A stretch of 64,000 nt of DNA from Dinoroseobacter sp. S76. GTDB taxonomy: Bacteria > Pseudomonadota > Alphaproteobacteria > Rhodobacterales > Rhodobacteraceae. The translations under genes were made by a program, and so were the position numbers. Where the stretch lies: contig NZ_JBNAGH010000001.1 of NCBI RefSeq assembly GCF_049801095.1, positions 612,208 to 676,207 of the forward strand, read 5' to 3'. Below are positions 46,891-54,557 of this stretch, in pieces (the stretch's first letter is position 1; each line of letters starts with the position of its first letter). The notes below the pieces were generated by a model. The model was given only the letters and a program-made list of their open reading frames with translations, was not told the origin of the DNA and made no database searches.

Positions 46891-47952
46891 ATGGACGCAG
46901 TCTCGGGCGCGGTCCTCGCGTCGCTTATCGGTCTTTTGGGCGGTCTTGCCCTCGGCTATGCCGCGCGGGTGGGACGGTTCTGCACCCTCGGCGCGATCGA
47001 AGACGCGCTCTACGGTGGCAGCTATGAGCGATTGCGCATGTGGGGGATCGCGCTGGGTCTCAGTGTTTTGGGCTGTTCGGTTCTGAGCGGGACAGGCCTT
47101 TTGATCCCCTCAGAGGTATTCCTGGTGCGCGACGGTTTCTCGCCCTTCGCGATCATCTTGGGCGGGGGCCTCTTTGGTTATGGCATGGCCTTGGCGGGCA
47201 ATTGTGGCTACGGCGCGCTTGCGCGTCTCGGCACCGGGGATCTGCGCGCGCTGCTCTTGGTGGTCGTGATGGGGATCACCGCTTACGCCACCTTGTTCGG
47301 GCCCTTGGCGCCTTTGCGGCTGTGGCTCTTTGAGTTGCCCATGTGGCGGGTGAACGAGGCTGTGACCCTGGATCAGATCTTGGGAGCGGCCCTGTCGATC
47401 CCGGCATGGAGCGTCGGCGCGCTCATTGGCCTTGGGTTGCTGGTTTTCTGCTTGCGCAGCTCTGTCCGGGTGCGGAGAACCGGTTTCTGGGGCGCCCTCG
47501 TTGGCGCCGCGATCATATCCGGCTGGGCCGGGACGGCCTATCTTGCCGCGACAAGTTTCGATGTGGTCGGCGTGCGATCCCATAACTTCTCGGCCCCACT
47601 CGGTGAGACGCTGGCCTTTGCCATGATGTCGAGCGTACGCCCGATCTCCTTTGCGGTCGGATCCGTTTGCGGAGTCGTGTTGGGCAGTGTCCTTGGCAGC
47701 CTGCGCCTGAAGCAGTTTCGTTGGGAAGCCTGCGAAGACCCACGTGAATTGAAACGCCAACTCCTCGGAGCTGTTCTCATGGGGAGCGGAGCGACGCTCG
47801 CCCTTGGATGCTCTGTCGGGCAAGGGCTTTCGGCCTTTGCTTTACTGACACTCAGCGCACCGCTGGCCACCATTTCTATCGCTGCCGGGGCTGCCCTTGG
47901 ATTGCGAGTCCTGATCATGGGCTGGCGTCCGGGGCATAGCCAGAACCCCTGA
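46891..47952 (+). CDS. soxT: YeeE/YedE-family sulfur-compound permease (SoxT-like)
   Basis: Duplicated YeeE/YedE halves with conserved 'GRFC'/'GNCGYG' and 'LGCSVG' Cys motifs. Start is placed at ATG 46891 after GGGAGGAGA. Confidence 0.8.
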   Translation: MDAVSGAVLASLIGLLGGLALGYAARVGRFCTLGAIEDALYGGSYERLRMWGIALGLSVLGCSVLSGTGLLIPSEVFLVRDGFSPFAIILGGGLFGYGMALAGNCGYGALARLGTGDLRALLLVVVMGITAYATLFGPLAPLRLWLFELPMWRVNEAVTLDQILGAALSIPAWSVGALIGLGLLVFCLRSSVRVRRTGFWGALVGAAIISGWAGTAYLAATSFDVVGVRSHNFSAPLGETLAFAMMSSVRPISFAVGSVCGVVLGSVLGSLRLKQFRWEACEDPRELKRQLLGAVLMGSGATLALGCSVGQGLSAFALLTLSAPLATISIAAGAALGLRVLIMGWRPGHSQNP

Positions 47953-47964
47953 GCCCGCTCGGTC

Positions 47965-47997
47965 ACAAAAAAAGGCCCCCGCTGGGAGGCCTTTTCG
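47965..47997. terminator. Bidirectional rho-independent terminator between soxT and the GGDEF gene
   Basis: AAAAAAAGGCCCCC-gctg-GGAGGCCTTTT: an A-tract/hairpin/T-tract usable on both strands. Confidence 0.55.
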
Positions 47998-48002
47998 AAG
48001 GG

Positions 48003-49034
48003 CTAGTGCAAGTCCCGCGCAGGCTCCGGCATGGGCCGGTCCGCAGGTTTGAACACCGTGTGCTGCGCCCGGCCTGCATTCTTGGAGGCATAGGTCGCCT
48101 CATCCGCATCCGAGAGCATTTTGTCGATCTCAACCGGATCATAGTAGTCCGAGATGGTGATCCCAATACTGGCTGAGATCCGACAGGGTTTCCCCTCGTA
48201 ATGCACGGGCTGTTCCAGACGGGCAATGATCCGGTCCGCGATGCGGGTCATCAGGTCCAGATCATTACAGTTCCGGAGCACGAGCACGAACTCATCCCCG
48301 CCAACGCGGAAAACCTTGTCGTCAGCGCGCACCTCTTCCCGCAGGACTTTGGCCACTTCGAGCAAGACAAGATCCCCGGCCGCATGCCCGAGCGTGTCAT
48401 TGACCGATTTGAAGTAGTCCAGGTCGATCAGCATCAGACCGAAGCCATCTTGCGGCGGGTGCGCCAGAAGCTGGCCAAAGGTCATATCCATGGCCCGGCG
48501 GTTGTTCAGCCCAGTCAGCGTGTCCGTGAGTGCACGGCTTTCCGCATCGGTCTTGGCATCCTGCAACCGGTCCACGAGATCGCGTGAGGCGTTCATGGCT
48601 GCCGCATTCGCTTCGATCAGATAGAGCACCTCGACCGCCAGATCCGAAGCGGCGAAATCCGTGAGGCTGAGATCAAACCGACGCACCGCATCCTGCACCG
48701 AGATCCCGAAGGAGAGGTTCAGGAACGCTCCGGTCCCGCCGGGCAACGCCACAACAGTGCCTTTCAAATGCATGTTCGGAAGGCCTTTCAACCCGATCTT
48801 CAGCTGCGCGCCATTCATCCGCAAAAGCTGATCCAGCACCTTGACCTTGCGGGGGCGCATGATCGTGAATTTGTCGAAGAACATTGACCCTGGGAAGGGC
48901 TGGTCCGGCATGAGTTTCTGCAGGGTGCATCCGCATTGCAGGATATGGCCGGTCGGCCCGATCCAGATATGCATGGGCATCAGTGCGTCGAGCGTGCGGG
49001 CGGAGAGCCCAAGGATACGATTACTTTCGGTCAT
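48003..49034 (-). CDS. HNOBA-GGDEF diguanylate cyclase (H-NOX-associated)
   Basis: C-terminal GGDEF domain with an intact 'GGDEF' A-site and I-site 'RxxD'. The N-terminal H-NOX-associated domain has a 4-nt overlap with the H-NOX gene. Confidence 0.85.
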   Translation of the reverse strand: MTESNRILGLSARTLDALMPMHIWIGPTGHILQCGCTLQKLMPDQPFPGSMFFDKFTIMRPRKVKVLDQLLRMNGAQLKIGLKGLPNMHLKGTVVALPGGTGAFLNLSFGISVQDAVRRFDLSLTDFAASDLAVEVLYLIEANAAAMNASRDLVDRLQDAKTDAESRALTDTLTGLNNRRAMDMTFGQLLAHPPQDGFGLMLIDLDYFKSVNDTLGHAAGDLVLLEVAKVLREEVRADDKVFRVGGDEFVLVLRNCNDLDLMTRIADRIIARLEQPVHYEGKPCRISASIGITISDYYDPVEIDKMLSDADEATYASKNAGRAQHTVFKPADRPMPEPARDLH

Positions 49035-49615
49035 GTCGGCACGCCCCCCAGGCTGAACTCTCGTCCTTCGGAGAAATCCTGATCCAGCAGGGTCACGGTG
49101 ATCCCGGGATTTTCGGCATCCTCTTCGGCCTCGAAAAAGGCGAGCACCCCGTAATCATCGGCCATGGCGCGCAGAACCCCGAGGATCACGGGCAGCCCGT
49201 AATCCCTGTGCCACACGCATCGGACCCGGTAGGCGTTGCGGCCATCCGGATCGACCTCCAGCACCGGCATGTCGAGATCCGGAACCGCGAGCCGCGAACG
49301 GCCATGCAGATCGTCCAGCGCATCGACGAATTCCCGGAACGAGGCCCCATTGAACCGCAGCAATCGACGCAGGGCTTCGACGGAGGGGTGAGAGACCAAA
49401 AACGTTCCCAGATCCTCAAGAAAACCGTCGCGTTCCTTGTCGAGCACCTTGATCGCGGTCTCCAGCACCCGGTCTGTAATGGCATCGGGATAGGTGAGCA
49501 TCGATTCAAACGCGCCCTCCGGCACTTCGGCCTGGCCCGCAATCATCTGCCATTTTTCCGGCCCGTAGGTTTCACGCACAAAAACCTCGAGCGACTTGTT
49601 GATCAATCCATGCAT
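49031..49615 (-). CDS. hnoX: H-NOX haem-nitric oxide/oxygen binding protein
   Basis: 'MHGLINKSLEVFVRETYG' canonical H-NOX N-terminus, about 190 aa. Start is placed at ATG 49615 after AGGAGA. Confidence 0.85.
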   Translation of the reverse strand: MHGLINKSLEVFVRETYGPEKWQMIAGQAEVPEGAFESMLTYPDAITDRVLETAIKVLDKERDGFLEDLGTFLVSHPSVEALRRLLRFNGASFREFVDALDDLHGRSRLAVPDLDMPVLEVDPDGRNAYRVRCVWHRDYGLPVILGVLRAMADDYGVLAFFEAEEDAENPGITVTLLDQDFSEGREFSLGGVPT

Positions 49616-49673
49616 CGGCAAGTCTCCTGTTCGCGGAAGACTAGGCCGTCAAACCTTAAGAATTGCCCAAAGG

Positions 49674-51392
49674 TCAGTCGGGGGAGGGAAAGAAAATAAG
49701 TCCCTCGACCGTCAGCGCATTTCGGGCGGGCGGCGCGAGGCGATAGGCCCCTTCCCGCACGGCGCGCACCAGCGCGCGCGGATCCTCGCGGCGCTGTCCT
49801 GGGCTGCTGCCTTGGGCAAAAGCCCCGGTCTCATCAAAGCCCACCATCTGGGTGGTGACGTAATTCTGTCCGCGCACCAGCAGAACCAACGCCTCGGGTC
49901 CGGGCCAGGTCGGGTCGACCTCGCCAATCACGGCAACGCAGCTTTCGGGCGCGTAGCGACAGGCATCCAGCCAGTCTCGGACAATCTCCGGAGGCAGCGC
50001 ATTCCACAGCGCTTCGGGCCAGACGGCCCCTTCCGGCGCCACGGGCAAGAGCTGCGCAAGGGCGGCGAGGCGATCCTCGGGCTCTTCGGGCGTGGTCACG
50101 CGCGCCACTTCGCGGCGCAGCGCATCGTCGATCAGGATCTGCAAATCGCGATCGGACTGTGCGCGCAAAGCCTCGAGCCCCGCTTGCCCGGCAAGCCCCC
50201 AATCGCGCGCCATCGACCGGATCGGCAGTTGCGCCGTGTCGATCTGCCCGGCCTCGAACAGCGCGAGCTGGCTTTGGGTCGAGATCCGTTGCGGGTTGAG
50301 CACCGGCGTCAGCGCCAGCGCGGCCAAAGCCAGCCCAACCAAGGCGGTTTGGATATTGGCGCGGCGGATCCCCTGATCCCAGTTGCGCCGCAGCACAACC
50401 GGCCCCGCGTAGAGCACCGCATAGGTCAGCGCGAGCAGGCAGAAACAGGCCGCCGTCACCCGCTCCGGCGTCCAGCCATACTCGGTGACACGCAGCCAGA
50501 CCGCGTAGCTCCCCAAACCGGCCAGCACGGGCATCAAGAGGCAGGCAATCTGCAAGACCCAGCGATAGAGCGGGCTCGGCCCCGTCTCCACCGGTTCGCA
50601 ATCGAGCGAGGCGGTGATAAGCGTGGCCAGACCAAAGACCATGGCGAGCAGGGTGGCGGCCGCGCTCAACCCGGAAAAGACCTGATCCAGCCCCTCCAGC
50701 GGGACCCGGACGACAAAGACCAGCACCACGGCTGTAACCGGGATCAGCAAGAGCTGCAGCAGTCGCAGCAGAAGGAGAGGAGAGAGGTAGTTCCTGAGCT
50801 CAAAGAGCACCGCGAGGGCCACACCCCCGACGAGGCCGGACATGCCCAGCAAGAACACCTCTTCATCCACGAGCCGATCCAGCAGCGTCACACCGACCAG
50901 CGACAGGAGCAGGCTGCAGATCATGTAGACGCCCCAGAAGACGCCGAGGAAGATCGCCGCTGAAACCGCTCGGATCACCAGCCGCCAGGCCTCATTGAAG
51001 AGCGTCGGGTAATGAAAGAGCGTCTGCTGTGTGGCCGCGATGAAAAACGGCAAGGGCACGGTCAGGAGCACGCCATAGGCCACGATCGCCGCCGGACTGT
51101 CGCCAAACCCCTCGAGCGTGGCAAAACGCAGGCTCGCCCAGAGGAGAAGCCCCGTGGGCACCACCGCCATCAGGCTTGCCCAGCCCAGCGCCCGCGGCAC
51201 CGAGAGCGGCCCGGACAGCAACAGCCCCGCAGAGCAGAAGCCCAGCACCGCCGAAGCCAGGGCCAGCTCCAGCCGGGGTTGGCCCAACGCCTCGATCACG
51301 AACTCGCCCAGCCCCCAAAGCGCCAGGCCCGTCATCAAACCGAACAATCCGAGTGTCGCGCGGAACCCGGTGGGATCATGTTGTGCCGCCAT
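49674..51392 (-). CDS. DUF4153-type polytopic membrane protein
   Basis: About 12 TM helices followed by a soluble C-terminal domain. Confidence 0.6.
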   Translation of the reverse strand: MAAQHDPTGFRATLGLFGLMTGLALWGLGEFVIEALGQPRLELALASAVLGFCSAGLLLSGPLSVPRALGWASLMAVVPTGLLLWASLRFATLEGFGDSPAAIVAYGVLLTVPLPFFIAATQQTLFHYPTLFNEAWRLVIRAVSAAIFLGVFWGVYMICSLLLSLVGVTLLDRLVDEEVFLLGMSGLVGGVALAVLFELRNYLSPLLLLRLLQLLLIPVTAVVLVFVVRVPLEGLDQVFSGLSAAATLLAMVFGLATLITASLDCEPVETGPSPLYRWVLQIACLLMPVLAGLGSYAVWLRVTEYGWTPERVTAACFCLLALTYAVLYAGPVVLRRNWDQGIRRANIQTALVGLALAALALTPVLNPQRISTQSQLALFEAGQIDTAQLPIRSMARDWGLAGQAGLEALRAQSDRDLQILIDDALRREVARVTTPEEPEDRLAALAQLLPVAPEGAVWPEALWNALPPEIVRDWLDACRYAPESCVAVIGEVDPTWPGPEALVLLVRGQNYVTTQMVGFDETGAFAQGSSPGQRREDPRALVRAVREGAYRLAPPARNALTVEGLIFFPSPD

Positions 51393-51429
51393 GGGTCAGT
51401 CCTAGCGCGCGCGCAGCCCCTCCGAAAGC

Positions 51430-53004
51430 TCAGAAATCCGTCGGCGCCCCGCCTTCGGCCTTTCGCCGCTCAACAAAGGCGGTCAGCTCCTCGCGCCGCG
51501 CGGGATCCAGGGGCGGCGGGACGAATTCGGCCAGAATGTCCTTGTAGATACGGTGCGCCCGTTCCGCGGTCCAAACCGCCCCATCCAGGACCCAGGCCTC
51601 ATGATTGCGCCAATCGCTGAGATAGGGCTGGTAGAAAGCCGTCTCGTAGCGCTCCTGGGTGTGCTGGATGCCGAAGAAATGCCCGTCGCCCCCAACCTCG
51701 CGCACCGCGTCGAGCGCCAGATCTCCGGGTTCCGTCGCCGTCAGCTCCGGATCGAAATAGCGCTGGATCTGCTGCAGGATCTCGCAATCCATGACGAATT
51801 TCTCGGGGCTCGCGATCAGCCCGCCCTCCAGCCAGCCTGCCGCATGATAGACCATATTCGTGCCCGACTGGACCGCGGACCAGAGGGCATTCGACGTCTC
51901 CCACATGGCCTGCCCGTCCGGGACATTGGCCGCGCAGCTGCCGCTTGCCCGCAGGGGCAGCCCGTAAAACCGCGCCATCTGCCCGGTCATCTGGGTGGCG
52001 CGCATATACTCCGGGGTCCCGAAAGCCGGAGCGCCGGATTTCATGTCCACATTCGACGTGAACGTCCCCAGCGCGACCGGACAGCCCGGCATGACATATT
52101 GCGCCAGCGCAATCGCCGAGAGCCCCTCGGCCAGAGACTGCGCAACCGCCCCGGCCAGCGTCACGGGCGCCATGGCCCCCGCCAGCGTAAAGGGCGTCAC
52201 GATCAGGGCCTGCCCCTTGCGGATGCAGCGCAGGGCCCCGTCGATCATCGGCTCGTCATGTTTCAGGGGCGAGGTCGAATTGATGTTGGTGTACATGCGC
52301 GGGGTCGCGGCGAACTCTGCCTCCGTCAGCCCGCAGGCGATGCGCACCATCTCCATCACGTCTTCGACCCGCTCGCGCCCGAGACTATAGGCGTGGGGCA
52401 CCTTGTCCGTGAGGGTCAGCTTCTCATAGAGCACGTCCAGATGGCGCACCGAGGCATGCACATCCACCGGCTCCACCGGATAGCCCCCGGCCACATGGAT
52501 ACAGTTGAAATACTGGGTAAGCTTGAGCAGGTTGCGGCACTGCTCCAGCGTACCGGGGACCTTGCCGGTCTCCATATCCCAGTAGTTCGGCGGGCTGGAG
52601 ACATTGACGAAGACCATATGACCGTCGCCGATGGTGATCTGGTGGTCCGGATTGCGCGACGTGATCGTGAAGGAGGACGGGGCCTTGGCCACCATCTCCA
52701 TCACGAAGGCGCGATCCATCCGGACGACCTCTCCATCCAGAACGCAGCCCGCCTCGGCCAGGATCTCGCGCGCTTTGGCGTTGAGAAAGGCGATCCCGAT
52801 CTCCTCGAGGATGCGCATGGCCGTGTCGTGGATCGCCGCGACCCCCTCGGGGCTCAGGGGCTCGGTGGGGCGGTCCGTGTTGACGGGCACCTTGAAGGGC
52901 ATCTGGGCGATGGTGTGGCTGGCATCGCGCCGGGTGTTTCCGGCACGACCACCGCCGCGGCGCCGCCGGGGCAAGGCATCTGGGGACAAGACAGGATCCT
53001 CCAT
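51430..53004 (-). CDS. MttB-superfamily (non-pyrrolysine) quaternary-amine methyltransferase
   Basis: Arg-rich N-terminus 'RRRRGGGRAGNTRR' and TIM-barrel MttB/MtgB family conservation. Confidence 0.8.
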   Translation of the reverse strand: MEDPVLSPDALPRRRRGGGRAGNTRRDASHTIAQMPFKVPVNTDRPTEPLSPEGVAAIHDTAMRILEEIGIAFLNAKAREILAEAGCVLDGEVVRMDRAFVMEMVAKAPSSFTITSRNPDHQITIGDGHMVFVNVSSPPNYWDMETGKVPGTLEQCRNLLKLTQYFNCIHVAGGYPVEPVDVHASVRHLDVLYEKLTLTDKVPHAYSLGRERVEDVMEMVRIACGLTEAEFAATPRMYTNINSTSPLKHDEPMIDGALRCIRKGQALIVTPFTLAGAMAPVTLAGAVAQSLAEGLSAIALAQYVMPGCPVALGTFTSNVDMKSGAPAFGTPEYMRATQMTGQMARFYGLPLRASGSCAANVPDGQAMWETSNALWSAVQSGTNMVYHAAGWLEGGLIASPEKFVMDCEILQQIQRYFDPELTATEPGDLALDAVREVGGDGHFFGIQHTQERYETAFYQPYLSDWRNHEAWVLDGAVWTAERAHRIYKDILAEFVPPPLDPARREELTAFVERRKAEGGAPTDF

Positions 53005-53111
53005 GGCTGTGGATCCATTGGACGCGAGCCCCTTGGCGCGGGCGGGCTCATCCGCGACGCGTCATGTCGTTTTCTGCTGGATTTCGTCGGGCGACCGCGG
53101 GCGAGACGCCC

Positions 53112-53834
53112 TCAGGCGCTGGCGCGGCGACGGCGCAGGGGCAGCCGCTGGGTCTCGAGCCAGGCGGGCAGATGCCCCACATCTTGCAGGATCAGATCCG
53201 CATGGGGGGCAAGCTCGGGCGTTTCCGCCACCCCGGTCAGCACGCCGATAGTCTGCATCCCCGCCGCGCGGCCCGCGCGCAGGTCATGGGTGCTGTCCCC
53301 GACCATGACCACCTCGTGGGGGGACAGCGTGAAGTGGTCGCAAAACGCCAGCAACATGCCCGGATCCGGCTTCGCGCCAAAGCCACTGTCATAGCCGAGC
53401 ACCAGATCGAAGGCCTGGGCGATCCCGGCCTCGGCCAGTTGGCGGCGCGCGCCCTCCTCGGAATCGTTCGTGGCCACTCCGAGGCAGAGATTGCGCGCAC
53501 TCAGCTCGGCCATCAGGGGCTGCAGCGGCGTGGCCTCCGCCAATGTCACCGTCCGCGCGAGCGCGTTCAGCTCCATCAGAAGGGCTTCCTCCTCCCATGC
53601 GGGCAGGTAAGGCGCGAGGAGCACGGCGATCTCGGCGCTCGTGCCCGCAATCGCGGGACTGTCCGGCCTGAAATGGCCAAGCACCAGATCATAGCCGATC
53701 GCATCGGAGAGACGCGCCACCAGCGCCTCATCCCCGTCTGCGAGTTTATGGAGCGCTGTCGCGGCCCAACCGCTCCAGGTCTCATGAAAATCAAACAGCG
53801 TTCCGTCTTTGTCGAAAACGATTGCGCGCAGCAT
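53112..53834 (-). CDS. HAD-superfamily hydrolase (phosphoglycolate-phosphatase-like)
   Basis: 'FDKDGTL' motif I, 'GVATN' motif II, 'GDSTHD' motif IV. Confidence 0.8.
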   Translation of the reverse strand: MLRAIVFDKDGTLFDFHETWSGWAATALHKLADGDEALVARLSDAIGYDLVLGHFRPDSPAIAGTSAEIAVLLAPYLPAWEEEALLMELNALARTVTLAEATPLQPLMAELSARNLCLGVATNDSEEGARRQLAEAGIAQAFDLVLGYDSGFGAKPDPGMLLAFCDHFTLSPHEVVMVGDSTHDLRAGRAAGMQTIGVLTGVAETPELAPHADLILQDVGHLPAWLETQRLPLRRRRASA

Positions 53835-53887
53835 CGTTTGCCCCCTCGATCCCGATGCACTCGCGCATGCCCACGCTCACCGGCCTT

Positions 53888-53950
53888 GTTCCGTGGGCAG
53901 ACGCTCCCCCGCGGCCTTGTCGGACCGCACATCTGCCCCTTGATCGGAAC
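53888..53950 (-). other. Long imperfect hairpin in the 360-nt leader upstream of the HAD/mttB genes
   Basis: GTTCCG…GGGCAGA…(GCGGTC…GGCCGC)…TCTGCCC…CGGAAC nested inverted repeats, with no U-tract. Confidence 0.3.
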
Positions 53951-54194
53951 GCGCCGCTCCCATGGCGGTCCCGCGCGCAATTTGCCTGCCTGGCCAGATG
54001 GCTGGGTACAAAAAGGTCTCAAAGCGGCCGTTTGCCGCAATTATCCATCGCGCTGATCCCAGACTTATCGGAAATTGCACATTGCAACAAGCAGTCTGCT
54101 CAACTCTTGGGCGATGCCTGTCCAAGGCCGGTTTCAGGAAAAAGGTTAACCAGGCGCGTTTGTTAACACTCACAAACCGGCCATCACAGATTTG

Positions 54195-54473
54195 TCAGGT
54201 CCAATGCATCTCCGCACCGCCCGGCAACGCCGCCCGAGCGCGCATGGGCGTGTCATAGGCAATCCCGGCGGCATCACAGAACCCGACCACCCACTCATCA
54301 TCCATGGTCAGAAATTCCAGAACGGAAACAAGGAATTCCGGCTCCTCGGCCCGGGCCCGCACGGTGTCGAGATCCGCGCCTGTCGCGCCCAGAAAGGTCC
54401 CCATGAGGTCGTCCTGACCGGCGATCCAGCCCAATGCCTGGAGCGCGATGGCCTCGGCTGTTTCTTGCTTCAT
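54195..54473 (-). CDS. DUF3572 small protein
   Basis: 92 aa, 'MKQETAEAIALQALGWIAG…'; it is the only credible part of a 618-aa antisense ORF. Divergent from pleD, as is typical in Rhodobacterales. Confidence 0.6.
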   Translation of the reverse strand: MKQETAEAIALQALGWIAGQDDLMGTFLGATGADLDTVRARAEEPEFLVSVLEFLTMDDEWVVGFCDAAGIAYDTPMRARAALPGGAEMHWT

Positions 54474-54487
54474 TCGCTCCTGCCCTC

Positions 54488-54504
54488 TGCTCTGGAAACC
54501 GTTT
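54488..54504. promoter_or_regulatory. Near-perfect palindrome CGTTTGTTAACCAAACG in the DUF3572/pleD divergent promoter
   Basis: It is flanked by TTAACCA / TAACCAT CtrA-like half-sites. A partial copy of GTTTGTTAAC…CAAAC lies 3' of DUF3572 at ~54166..54185, plus GGTTAACC at ~54141. Confidence 0.3.
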
Positions 54505-54557
54505 GTTAACCAAACGAGCGCTAACACACATAACCATAACGTAAAGCGGAGGTCCTC

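Noticed and set aside
49596-53394. 455-aa and 613-aa plus-strand ORFs antisense to DUF4153 and the MttB-family gene
   Set aside because: The minus-strand products have clear membrane topology and the MttB TIM-barrel family signature. The plus-strand products are Arg/Gly/His-rich.
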